From the NCBI RefSeq assembly GCF_009914755.1, contig NC_060931.1: a DNA stretch of 64,000 nucleotides. One strand, given 5' to 3'. Below, piece after piece: positions 12,620-48,040 of the stretch. The stretch comes from the human T2T-CHM13v2.0 reference genome, Homo sapiens. The notes below the pieces were generated by a model. It ran no database searches. It had not been told where the DNA came from and was given only the letters and a program-made list of their open reading frames with translations. The translations under genes and the position numbers were made by a program. Position 1 is the first letter of the stretch; each line of letters opens with the position of its first letter.

Positions 12620-14100
<1,481 letters not shown>

Positions 14101-14369
14101 ACATGGGCTTTTCTGTCACCTACCTGCTTAACTGCATAGGAGAGGCAATATGTGGTGCTCATGAACAAAGCAAACATTAAAGTCAGACCAGACCCAACAT
14201 TTGACTCAGTCTTAATATCCAGGTGAGCCTGCGCAAATCATTCATTATTCCTAAGGTTTTCATCACTCCATTCATAAAATGGGGATAACTGTGGCACCTA
14301 CATGTGATTCTGTGAGAATTAACAAAATATTATGCTTGGGGTTATTGTGATCATTATACCTGTTCCAAA

Positions 14370-14460
14370 CTATTTGACAAGGACAGTGATGGATGAAGAC
14401 ATCAAAAAATCAGAAACTGCAATGAGGTCTCTCAGGCAAAATTCCATACAAGCAAATTAC
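14370..14460 (+). pseudogene. Calmodulin EF-hand 1 fragment
   Basis: CTATTTGACAAGGACAGTGATGGA..GAAACTGCAATGAGGTCTCTCAGGCAAAAT translates as LFDKDSDG..ETAMRSLRQN (calmodulin LFDKDGDG..GTVMRSLGQN). Confidence 0.7.
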
Positions 14461-15299
14461 TGTGTCTACAAAGCATTCCTGCCACACTTAATTCACCATT
14501 CCCTGAACAAAATATGCCATCTTCGTTGTTCAGGTCTGTACAGTGCTGGTGTCCCTTCCCAGGCAGTTTGCGCTATCCCATCCCGGCCCATTCCCCATCC
14601 CTCCACCTCCCCCTTCCCTCCCCACTCTCATACAACTCTTCCTCATCTTTCAGGACTTGGCTTCAATGTCACCTTAACTGGAAGCTTCTCTCACTCTCCA
14701 GAAGAGCTTCCCATTGCACCTGATGCATGGGAAACATAATTTGATCATTTTTAAGTTACAGTCCAAATCTTTTTGTACCTGAATAACATGTTGCCCAGTC
14801 AGTCTCTCTTCCTGGATTCACAAGTCTTTCATGGTAGATCCAGCTGGAAGTGACAAAAAGACATCTTTTGACATAAAGGGATGACACAGACAGACATAAG
14901 TTCTTAAATGTCTTAAATGTTATGTGAAAATTAAACAGAATTCAAAGACTTGTGGGGAGCACTTAGGAAGTTACTGGGAATGTCATAAAGGGTTAATTTG
15001 TATTTTATTTTATTTTTTGAGACAGTCTCATTCTGTCACCTAGGCTGGAGTGCAGTGGTGCAATCAGGCTCACTGCAGCCTTGACCACCTGGGCTCAAGT
15101 AATCTCACTTAATTTTTATTTGGTTTAAGAAAGTCTTGGTTGAGGGTGGTGGCTTATGCCTGTAATCTCAGCACTTTGGGAGGCTGAGAGAGGTATATTA
15201 CTTGAGGCCAGGAGTTTGAGATCAGACTGGGCAATATATTAAGACCCTGCCTCTACCAAAAAACAGAGTGAATGTGTGGAAGACAATTTTTCCACAGAC

Positions 15300-15722
15300 T
15301 GGGAATGAGGGAATAATTTCAGGATGATTCAAGTGCATTACATATATTGTGCACTTTATTTCTATTATTACTACATAGTAATATATAATGAAATGATTCT
15401 ACAACTCACTATAACGTAGACTCAGTGGGATCTCTGAGCTTGTTTTCCTGCAACTAGACTGTCCACCTGGGGTGATGGGAGACAGTAACAGAATATCAGG
15501 CATTAGATTCTCATAAGGAGTACACAACCTAGATCCCTCGCATGCACACTTCACAACAGAGTTTGTGCTCCTATGACAATCTAATGCTGCTGCTGATCTG
15601 ACAGGACATGGAGCTCAGGTGGTCATGCAAGCGATGGGAGGGGCTAGAAATACAGATGAAGTTTCCCTTCACTCGCCTGCTGCTCACCTCCAGCTCTGTG
15701 GCCCTGTGGTTGGAGACCGCTG
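15300..15722 (-). mobile_element. MER1A, third and more diverged copy
   Basis: Same motifs and same downstream flank as 8128-8542. Confidence 0.8.
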
Positions 15723-16062
15723 CTCAAGTGCATTTGAAAGGAACCATCCCACGCCATTCTTCAGAGTCATCTTTACTGCTGCAGTGGTCAACTTGTAGCA
15801 CCCCTAAGCTTGCAGGACATATGCTTCAACTGGCATTTCACAATCAACAGTATGTGGCAGCTTGAGTCATTGTGAGCTCACTTCCTAGAAATCACCAGCA
15901 TCCCATATCCCATTGCAAGGAGCTCAGCACTGCTCCTTGGATAACCAAACCTATTCCCAAATCCCATCTGTGTGCGTCTATCTCCTGGTACCCTTCCTAG
16001 CATCAATTCTGTATTTGTAGGAGTCCAATCAGGAGACACAAACCACTCAAAAGTTTAAACTA

Positions 16063-17105
<1,043 letters not shown>

Positions 17106-17941
17106 GTGTTAATCCCCCTATGGGAATCTCCTCTTCTCCTGCCCTCTCTGGAACCTCACTTGTCAGTTCTTCCTCCCACTTTCCTGTATCTTTAACCTAT
17201 CCCCCACTTTTAGCTCCTTCCCATCATCATTTAAATTACTCAAACTTCTTCTGTTTTAAAAACCTCTCCCTAAACTCAGGGAGAGGTCTTCTGCACACAC
17301 ATTGAGCCATCTGCTCTTCCTGGTGCCTTCTCTACAGCAGCCTGAGCCATGTCTCTAATCTATGAATCTCATCATGTTACTCCCCCATTTACATCACTTC
17401 TCCTTGCCTCAGGGATTAAGTCCAAACTCCTTAACAGCCCCTGCTCTGCCCTGCCTTGCAAGGCAGCCTCACTGCTTGCCCCTCTCCATTACATCTGCTA
17501 TGGAGTCCAACTGAGCCTCATCTGCCCCTTGAATGCACACTCTTTCTCCTCTGGGAGTCTCTGAAGTGGGTAATATCCTCTGCTTATAATATGCTTCCCC
17601 TTAAACCTCTACTCTCTTCCTAGCTAGCTTTGACTCCTCTGTCACTTGTCCGCTTTGGCATCACCTCCTCATAGAAGACTTCTATGACTCCCGAGATTCT
17701 CAGGAGCATGGCAGGTGAAGTGCTCCTCCCATGAATGGATGGAGATTAAGGAGTGTGTGTTATTCATGCTTAATTCACCAGTGCTTAGCTGAGTACCTGG
17801 CATAAAATAGTTACTGTGGTGGCCAAAGTAATAACCCCCACCGCCACCAATTGCTCATGTCCTATGTTACACAGCACAATTACATAGGAAGGGGGAATTA
17901 AGAGTGCAGATAAAATTAATGTTGCTCATCAGCTGACCTTA

Positions 17942-25840
<7,899 letters not shown>

Positions 25841-25843
25841 ACG

Positions 25844-26906
25844 TGTTGCAGGAAGTCAGGGACCCCAAACGGAGGGACTGGCTGAAGCCACAGCAGAAGA
25901 ACATAAATTGTGAAGATTTCATGGACATTTATTAGTTCCCCAAATTAATACTTCTATAATTTCTTAGGCCTGTCATTACTGCAATCTCTGAACATAAATT
26001 GTGAAGATTTCATGGACACTTATCACTTCCCCAATCAATACCCTTGTGATTTTCTATGCCTGTCTTTAATCTCTTAATCCGGTCATCTTCGTAAGCTGAG
26101 GATGAATGTCCCCGCAGGACCCTGTGATAATTGCGTTAACTGCACAAGTTGTTTAAACAATATGAAACCTGGGCACCTTGAAAAAAGAACAGGATAACAG
26201 CAATTTCAGGGAACAAGGGAGATAACCTTAAACTCTGGCTGCCTGTGGGCCGGGTTGAACAGAGCCATATTTCTCTTCTTTCAAAAGCAAATAGGAGAAG
26301 TATTGCTGAATTCTTTTTCTCAGCAAAGAACATCCCTGAGAAAGAGAATGCATCCCTAAGGGGAGGCCTCTGAAATGGCCGCTTTGGGGACGGCTGTCTT
26401 TTACAGTCGTAGATAAGGGATGAAATAAGCCCTGGGTTCACGTGGCGCTCCCAGGCTTATCAGGACAAGGAAATTCCCGCCTAATAAATGTTGGTCAGAT
26501 GGGTTGTCTGCTCTCAAACCCTTTCTCCTGATAAGATGTTATCAATGACAATGCGCGCCCGAAACTTCATTAGCAATTTTAATTTCGCCCCGGTCCTGTG
26601 GTCCTGTGATCTTGCCCTGCCTCCATTTGCCTTGTGATATTTTATTACCTTGTGAAGCATGTGATCTCTGTGACCCACACCCTATTCGTACACTCCCTCA
26701 CCTTTTGAAAATCACTAATAAAAACTTGTTGGTTTTGCGGCTTGGGGGGCATCACGGAACCTGCCGACGTGTGATGTCTCCCCTGGACATCCAGCTTTAA
26801 AATTTCTCTCTTTTGTACTCTTTCCCTTTATTTCTCAGACTGGCTGACACTCAGGGAAAATAGAAAAGAACCTACATGAAATATCAGGGGTAAATTTCCC
26901 CCGATA
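25844..26906 (+). mobile_element. MER11 solo LTR (HERV-K HML-8)
   Basis: Starts TGTTGCAGGAAGTCAGGGACCCCAAACGGAGGGAC and ends CAGGGGTAAATTTCCCCCGATA; AATAAA near 26717; ~1.06 kb. Confidence 0.9.
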
Positions 26907-27166
26907 TCACACTGGCTCTTCTCTCACCTGTCTACCTGCTTAACTTAATAGGAGAGGCAATGCATGGTGCTCATGAACAAGGCAAGCATTAAAGTCAGAC
27001 CAGACTAACATTTGACTCAGTCCTAATATTCAGGTGAGCTTGGGCAAATCACTCATTAACCCCAAGTCTTCATCATTTTGTGCATATAATGGGGATAACT
27101 GTGGCACCCACCTGTTTTTGTGAGAATCAATGAAATATTATGCTTGATGTTATTGTGATCATGATA

Positions 27167-27257
27167 CTATCTGACAAGGGCAGTGATGCATGATAACATC
27201 AAAAAATTAGAAACTGTAATGAGGTCTCTTGGGCAAAATTCCATACAAGCAAATTAC
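27167..27257 (+). pseudogene. Calmodulin EF-hand 1 fragment (paralog of 14370-14460)
   Basis: The ORF at 27183 reads KKLETVMRSLGQNS (calmodulin KELGTVMRSLGQNP). Confidence 0.72.
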
Positions 27258-28607
27258 TGTCTCTACAAAGCATTTCTGCCACACTTAATTCACCATTCCC
27301 TGAACAAAATGTGCCATCTTCATTGTTCAGGTCTGTATAGTGCTGGTTTCCCTGCCTGGGCAGGTCACTCCATCCCATCCCAGCCCAATCCCCATCCCTC
27401 CACCTCCCCCTTCCCTCCCCACTCTCATACAACTCTTCCTTATCTTACAGGACTTGGCTTCAATGTCACCTTAACTGGAAGCTTCTCTCCCTCTCCAGAA
27501 GAGCTTCCGATTGCACTTGATGCATGCACTATTATTTGATCATTTTTGAGTTACAGTCCAAGTCTTTTTGTACCTGAATAACATGTTGCCCAGTCAGTTT
27601 CTCTTCTTGGATTCAGAAGTCTTTCATGGTAGGTCCAGCTAGAAGTGACAAAAAGACATTTAAAAAAAAAAAAAAAGAGGGATGACACAGACAGACATCA
27701 GCACTTAAAAGTTTTAAACGATATGTGAAAAACAAAATTTAAGGGCTTCTAGGAGAAATGTAGGAGGGAAGGTGTTACTGGGAAATATGATAGAAGGTTA
27801 ATTTTTATTTTATTTTATTTTTAGAGAAAGGGTCTTGCTCTATCACCTAGGCTGGACTGCAGTGGTGCAATCACAGTTAACTGCAGCCTCAACCTCCAGG
27901 GCTTGAGCAATATTCCCATCTAATTTTTATTTTGTTTAAGAAATGCAGTCTTGCTCTTAGCAAAGCTAAAGTGCAATGGTGTGATCATAGCTTACTGCAG
28001 CCTCAACCTTCTAGACTCAAGTGATCCTCCAGTCTTAGCCTCCCCAGTAGCTCGGACTACAGGTGTGCACTGCAACGTGTAGCTCATTTTTTTTTTTTAA
28101 TTTTTAGTAGAGACAAAGTGTCACTATGTTGACCAGGTTGGTGGTGATCTCCTACACTCAGGCAGTTCTCTCACCTCAGCCTTCCAAAATGCTGGGATTA
28201 CAGGTGTGAGCTGCCACACCTGGCTGAGGGGGTTAATTTTTAATTATATAAAGAGCTCAAAGCAAATATTAGAAGGAGCCTAAATGCCTCCAGCAGTTGA
28301 CTGGTACTGGTAAATTGTGATACATCCATATAATAAAATATTATGCAACCATGAAAAGGATTAAGATAGATCAATAGGTATTGGCACAAATGTCCACGAA
28401 ATATGAAAATATGAAGTGATGTTCAATCACCATGTACGTATCTTGAAGGATATGGCCCATTTTCTCAACTGCAATTATTTCCTGAGATAAGATTATGGGT
28501 CTAAAGAGTGAAGGACATTTTTCACTTATTTAAAAGTATTTATCATTTTTATAATTTAATAAAAGATTAAACAGATCATTGAATTAGTAAAAGACAAAGT
28601 AACTCTA

Positions 28608-28721
<114 letters not shown>

Positions 28722-29590
28722 CTAAGAAACAAAGCAAGACCTCCTCTCTAGTAAAAATAAAAAAATAAAAATAATTGGCCAGGCATAGTGGCATGTGCCT
28801 ATAGTCCCAACTACTGAGGTGGAAGGATCACCTGAGCCTAGGAGGTCAAGGCTGCAGTGAGTTGAGACTGTGCCACTACACTGAAGCCTAGGAGACAGAG
28901 CGAGACTTCATCTCAAAAAAAAAAAAAAGGACAATAAAGAAATAAAGCTAATAAGCTAACATAAGGAAAGATAAAATATGTGACAAATAGGCTGGGCACA
29001 TGGCTCACAGCTGTAATCAAGCACTTTGGGAGGCCAAGGCGGGTAGATCTTGAGATCAGGAGTTCGAGACCAGCCTGATCAACATGGTGAAACCACGTTT
29101 CTACTAAAAATACAAAAATTAACCAGGCATGGTGGCATATGCCTGTAATCCCAGCTAATAGGAGGTCTTTCATTTATCACACAGAAAATAACTTGTTAAA
29201 TTATAATACCTGTGTGGGCGAAGGTGCAGTGAAATGGCCATTTTCTTGTAGTATTAGTGGTGTTTAAAATGTATATAAGCCTTCCAGCATAAAGCTTGGA
29301 AATTTTTTTTAAATCATACAGACAGTGACTCATTATACTGCCTCCTCCAACTCCTGGCCTCAAGCAATCCTCCCACCTCAGCCTCCCAAAGTGCTGGAAT
29401 TACAGGCTGACAGCCACCATGCCTGAAAGCTTTGCAATTTACATTGAGGGTAATAAGAATGCTCATGCCCTGTGACTCACAGTAATCTCACTTCTGGAAA
29501 TTTCACCTTTGGATATAATTCAACCTAAACAAAAGGTCATATGCACAAACACCGTGAAAATCTGGGAGTAATTTTTTTCTCTTTTTTTAA

Positions 29591-29694
29591 AAAAATATGG
29601 AATGCTTCACAAATTTGCATGTCATTCTTTCACAGAGGCCGTGCCAATCTCTCTATTGTTCCAACTTAAGTATGTGTGCTACTGAGGCAAGCAT
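29591..29694 (-). pseudogene. RNU6: U6 snRNA retropseudogene
   Basis: AAAAATATGGAATGCTTCACAAATTTGCATGTCAT...GTGCTACTGAGGCAAGCAT is a diverged reverse complement of full-length U6. T-rich tail at 29572-29588; 9-bp TSD GAGTAATTT (29566-29574 and 29695-29703). Confidence 0.93.
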
Positions 29695-29986
29695 GAGTAA
29701 TTTAAGATAGGGTGGTTAAGTGAAATAAGGAAGAATTATGGAGAATTTAAAAATCTATGCTATTTATAGGCACCTAGTAACAGCTCAGTAAATATTAGCT
29801 GCTACTATTATTTTTTTTATGGTAATTTCACTCAATTAAAAACTGTCGTTAAAAATTGCCATTGTCATGGAACATAATGTCTCCTACTGTATAATTGTAG
29901 AAACAGATACAATTTGTCCCTTGGTATATGGGGGGATTAGTTCCAGCTCTCCCATTTCTGTGTATACCAAAATCCACGCATACTCA

Positions 29987-30262
<276 letters not shown>

Positions 30263-30524
30263 CTATCTAATCCAATTAATGCTGGAATTGGGAACAGCAG
30301 AAGTGTCATCTCAGAGCTACTCGCAATGAAAGGTGATGTCTGGGGCTCAGGTGTGTTGAGGTCCCCATGCCTGGACTATGGGTGCTGAGTGGGATTTACT
30401 TGTCCATCCATTTTCTATATTCCAGCACTGGGAAACTAGGGACAGTACTTGTTCTCAAGGGAATCTTCAGCTTAGGTGGCTCTGTAAAAGAGAAATTACA
30501 TCATTGAAAAATCGTCGCAGGTCA

Positions 30525-30644
<120 letters not shown>

Positions 30645-30647
30645 TTA

Positions 30648-30875
<228 letters not shown>

Positions 30876-33800
30876 TCAAAAGGGCCTTCTGGTTACAGAA
30901 GAGGTATGCTCTTTTGTAGGACAGGGAGAGACCAGCAAGCTTGTTCACAGACTTTTCCTCATCCTCTGCTTAGTTTTCCAAGAACCCTCACAGTGGAAAT
31001 GGAGTCTCTGGGAAAATGACCTAAATCTTTGGGTTACCAGGGGAGAAATATGCCTCCTTTGTCAATTAATAAATGGAACATCTGCCTTAAAATCCAGGGA
31101 GTTCTGCTAGAATGAATCACTCCCTAAGACCCTGACCAATGCATGGAACATGAAAAACTGAAGTTTAACTGGGCGCGGTGGATCACGCCTGTAATCCCAG
31201 CACTTTGGGAGGCTGAGGCGGGCGGATCACCTGAGGTCAAAAGTTCTAGATCAGCCTGGCCAACATGGTGAAACCCCGTCTCTACTAAAAATACAAAAAT
31301 TAGTTGGGCATGGTGGTGGACACCTGTAATCCCAGCTACTTGGGAGGCTGAGGCAGGAAAATCGCTTGAACCCGGAAGGCGGAGGTTGCAGTTACTTCTA
31401 GAAGAATTTCCATTAGCCCTTTGAAATCCTTCAACATTCATGAAGGCCAAAGAGTTTTCACCTAATTTAATCTGATGGGTATGTGACCAGAGTCTTTCTA
31501 GGGAATAGAGACTCCCAAACAGTTCGACTGGGAAGTGAGGAGAGAATTTATTACTCAAAACCAAAGGGAAATGAAAAGAGGCCAACATAGAATGTCATTA
31601 TTCTTTCTTGGCGGGGAATGGATTCCAGAGTCATTCTGTGACCTTTACATGACCTCCTTATTAGCATCTAAAAGCTTCCAGTGTAGGATGCAGCCAGCTA
31701 GGTTCTCTTCTAATGTAATAAAATTTGCTTCGGCAAATCTTATGCAGAGCCATCTCCAGGCTCCAGAAACAATAGGCTATAAATTACTGGATCTCCCATT
31801 TGATACAATGAAGTATGAGCATGGTCCTGAATGACTCCTCTACATACTACTCTGGGTGGCTTGAAGTGAATTTGATACAAGAACTGGAGCGAGGGCAAAG
31901 CAGAGCTAGATCTAGGATTAATGTGCTTGGGCCCAGCTCCTCACTACTCACCTATGAGTCTAGTTCCAGAACCCAAGTAGAGGATGGGGAAACAAGGCTC
32001 CTGACTTTTTTTCCCTAATGTCTGCATCTCTTTCACATTTCTTATCTCCTTGCAAAGAAACTAAACAGGCTCAACTGAAATAACTAAATGATTAAACCCT
32101 ATACAGAGAATCTCCAAAGACTGACAAAATATCATTCAAGACTGTTACACAGACAACCTTGAGGATGACTTGATGTACCAGTGATCTACAATATTTGGGA
32201 TCATTCCAAATTCCCATCAAGGATCTGCCTATATCAACAAAGGAGCCAAGGACCAACCATTCAAATGGGCCCTGCTGCCAAGCCTTTTTTTTTTTTTTTT
32301 AACAATGCCATCTCTTCATATTGTTCCATTTAACAAAACTGCAGCCCTTCATCTATCCTTAAGTCCCTTGGCCAGTGGTACAGAGCCAGAGTATGCTACT
32401 CCCTAGCAGGAAATCAACAGGATGACCTACTAAACACCATTCAGAAGATGCTAAGACCCATGAATTGCAACAGGAAAGAAAAGACAGAGAATTAGTCAGA
32501 CAGGTACATGCTGTGCCAAAAGTGCACTACAGCCCCCACCCAATTCTGCCTAATCCTAGCTGGGCTGACACCAACCTGATGAGACAGGCCTATAAGATCT
32601 CAAACTAAAACAGAAACTCCTGAACTGGGTTCTTTCGAGCCCAGGAAGCAGCAGTAAATCATTAAAGAACAGATAAGTTCTTAAGGTGAGGGAGAGTTTC
32701 AGATAAATGGAATGCTGGTAGAACACAGGGCCCAAAGGAGCAAAAGTTAACCTAAGCCCAGGTAGAACCTTGTTTACTAGAGTATTAGGCATGGGTTTGG
32801 GCAACTATTCTAACCAGAGAAACTGGCTTCAGTGAGGGCAAGTTGGCAATCCAAGGTATAGCATGCATAGGGCTGGCAAAATTCAGGGTGACTGAAGCAA
32901 AAGCTTCATAACCAGAAAGACCACATCTGGGGGTAGAGCACAAAACTCTCAAGAGATGAATCTTTGTAAGAGTGAGGCAGAACTATATAGCAGTTTTAGG
33001 AGATCTGTTGGTGCCCAGCAAGAGCTCCAAACGGGCTATATGCAGGGATGCAGGCTGTAGTCTCAGGAGAGGAGGTTCACAAAAGTCATTCAGTCCAAGA
33101 CCTCAAACTGTGTTCTCTACTAAAAGGAATCAAGGTTCCCTAGAGAAATGGCTGACTCCATGTATGGTGCAGTATATTGATCCTGGAACATCTGTTTTGC
33201 CAGAAAGCAAGGAAGCCATCAAAGTCCAACAGGATCACTTCAAAAAGACATGAAAGTCAACTTGAAGAGATAATTATTAACCTAGATGAGACAATGTAAG
33301 CATCCAAAACAATAAAGACTGCAATGGCCTGAAATACATCAAATGCAAACAATAATCTATGAGTTCATAATGGTATTCAGAAAAAAAAACTACTGGTCAT
33401 TAGAGGGAAGGTTACTAGGTCACTAACTTACTACTCTGAAAAGTGACTTAAGATGAGAGGTAGGGTGGAAAATTAGCTATTTATTCAGTCTTTCCTGTAC
33501 AAACATAAATTTTTAGGGAGATTGAAGCAGATGAAACAAATCTGGAAAAATGGAGGTAACTGCTTAATCTGCGGGTTGGGTGCATGGAGGTTCAACATAT
33601 TTCTTTTGTGTATATTTGAACCCCCTACAAAAAAAGCACAAGAGAGAATGTGAGCCAAGCAGCTTAGGGTTTAGGCAAGGCTTCTGCCTACAAGAGACAC
33701 TAGGATATGAGGGGTAGTTTTAGCCCTAATGGGCTGAGCCAACTGGAGGTATATAGGGAAGTGCTAAATTGCAGAGGTATCATGTTGCCCAGCACTTGAT

Positions 33801-33924
33801 CAAATCCTAGATCCTAGGTCTGCTTGGTAGCATGCTTCCTAGGTAGTGGATCTGAGGCTACCTATAGAACTTCCTTTGCAGTCATAGTTCGCTCAGAAAC
33901 TACAAAAGTGCTTGCTCTTGAAAA

Positions 33925-34525
33925 TGGAGTCTTTGTCCATTTCATGCTTCTATAAAAGAATACCACAGACTGCATAATTTATAAAAAGGAAAAAAGGAAG
34001 GAAAGAAAAAAGGAAGGGAGGAGGGAAGGAGGGAAAAAGGGAAGGAGGGAAGGAAAGGAAGGAAGGGAAAGAAGGAAAGGAAGGAAGGGAAAGAGAGAAA
34101 GAGGGAAGGAGGAAGGGAGGGAAGGAGGGAGGGAGGGAGAGAGAGAGGGAGGGAGGGGAAGGGAAGAAAAGGGAAGAGAAGGGAAAGGAGGAAGAAAAGG
34201 AAAGGAAAGGAATAAATTTTATTTCTTAACAGTTCTGGATGTTAGGAAGTCCAAGGTTGAGGGGCCTGCATCTGGTAAAGGTCTTCTTGCTGCATCATCC
34301 CACTACAGAAGGCAGAAGGAAAAGAGAGTGCAAGAAAGCAAGAGGGCAAAAGGGGCTGAACTCTGTTTTATAATAAGCCCACTCTGTGATTACTAATCTA
34401 TTACCACAATAACAACATTAACTCATTCATGAAGGCTATTTTATTAGGCCCCACATCCCAACTGTTGCATTGAGGATTGAGTTTCCAGCACATAAACTTT
34501 GGGGGACACATTTAAACCATAGCAG
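33925..34525. mobile_element. MaLR (MLT1A/MST-type) LTR split by a polypurine tract
   Basis: AAAGAATACCACAGACTG..TTTATTTCTTAACAGTTCTGGA..GGAAGTCCAAG..TTGGGGGACACATTTAAACCATAGCA. Confidence 0.7.
33982..34212. repeat. Polypurine (GGAA/GGGA/GA) low-complexity tract
   Basis: ~230 nt of A/G only. Confidence 0.95.
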
Positions 34526-35560
34526 AGCACTTAGGTTAATTCAACTAAGAGGAGCTGGGAAAATCAAAGGCATGAGAAAGACAGCAAAAGCTAGCAGAGA
34601 GAAATGCATAGGTTAAGGAAAAAAGTCACAGTGAATCCTGTAGTGCAGGCTACTTTATCAAAAGCACCTAAAAAAGATCTCATTAACTCCCCCAGCTCAC
34701 CTCCACCCACATCTAAAGAGCCACACACAGCACCACCAAAGGCAGCACAATGAGAACAGCATTCTCCTCAACAGACAAGCTGGGAGTATCTAGACACCCG
34801 ACCTCAATAGCTCCAGAACAGCCCTAAAACATTTCCTCCCTAACCACCACTCAAGTCACCAGCTTGGAAAGTATTAAGAAAACCCAAATCCTGACACACC
34901 ACTATGAAACAACTTAAAACAGCAAAGAACAACCCATTTAAACAGCAATGCCAGCTGTTGGGAAAAAAAGGAACAATGAGTAGAGGAGAAACAGACCTCT
35001 CGGGGTCCACCAAGACCCAGTCTCTCAGCTTCAGCACTTTTAAATGCAGAATCCATACCCCTCTGGGGCCTGTGGAGCTCCACAAGGCATGTCGTCCTCA
35101 AAGATAAATGAGCAGGCAAGCTGGCTAGAAAACCACTAAGGGTATTTATTCTTTAAAGAATCTTTACAGGGTCAAAGAAGAATGGGTCTTAACTGGCTAT
35201 GTGAACTCCCCACAGATTCTGAGGATGATGTCAGTATCCCTTTCCAGATGTGTTTAACACTTTGCAGTCACTTGTATTCCTGCTACTGAGTGCCAGTGCT
35301 TTGCTAATTTGAACTGATTCCAGCTCACGCTGACCCCAGCTCCCTGGATGTTACCATTAGCCAAGACTGTCACCCATACTGTACCCTTTCAAAGAGTCCT
35401 AAAAACAGCTCTTCACCTACTCTTCCAAGACAAGTAAAAATGTCTGCCAAAGAAATGGGGAAAAAAGATTCAGAGAGTGAAAACAATTAATATACTAACA
35501 AGAGAGCAAAAAGCAAAGGGGGAGGAGAAACTAGGAAAATCATATATGGGCTCTCACCTA

Positions 35561-40600
<5,040 letters not shown>

Positions 40601-40726
40601 ACAAGGTTAAGAGGGACCCCCGACCTTACAGATACAAGTTTAAGAGGGACCCCTAAGCAAAAAATGCCAACCCTTTTTCTCCCAATCATTGAAACACCAG
40701 GAGGGTGTAACAGTTTTGCAGCCTAG

Positions 40727-41155
40727 CTGTAGCAGGCTGATGCCCCCAAGATGCCCATATCCTAATCCCGGGAACTGGTGAACATGACCTTATATGGCAA
40801 AAGGAACTTTGCAGATATAATGAAGTTAAGGGTCTTTGGCTTTTGGGGTTGATGTACTCACTCGGATCCTTGTAAGAGCAGAGCAGGTGATGGAGAGGGT
40901 GGGAGGTGTAGTGACAGAAGCAGGAAACTCCAGTCATTCGAGACGGGCAGCACAAGCTGCGGAGTGCAGGCCACCTCTACGGCCAGGAAACGGATTCTCC
41001 CGCAGAGCCTCGGAAGCTACCGACCCTGCTCCCACCTTGACTCAGTAGGACTTACTGTAGAATTCTGGCCTTCAGACCTGTAAGGGAATACATTTTGGTT
41101 GTTTTAAGTCACTAAGTGTGTGGTAATTTGTTGCAGCAGCCACAGGAAACTAGTA
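40727..41155. mobile_element. MLT1-type MaLR LTR
   Basis: CCCCCAAGATG..CCTAATCCC..TTATATGGCAAAAGG..TTTTAAGTCACTAAG..GGTAATTTGTTGCAGCAGC. Confidence 0.75.
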
Positions 41156-41187
41156 TTGTAGTGAAGCCTCAAAACCCCCCTGAAGGG

Positions 41188-48040
<6,853 letters not shown>

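Noticed and set aside
31400-31590. Possible further GTF2I exon (..FMNVEGFQ..)
   Set aside because: Only a VEG tripeptide resembles the I-repeat; no convincing alignment or splice sites.
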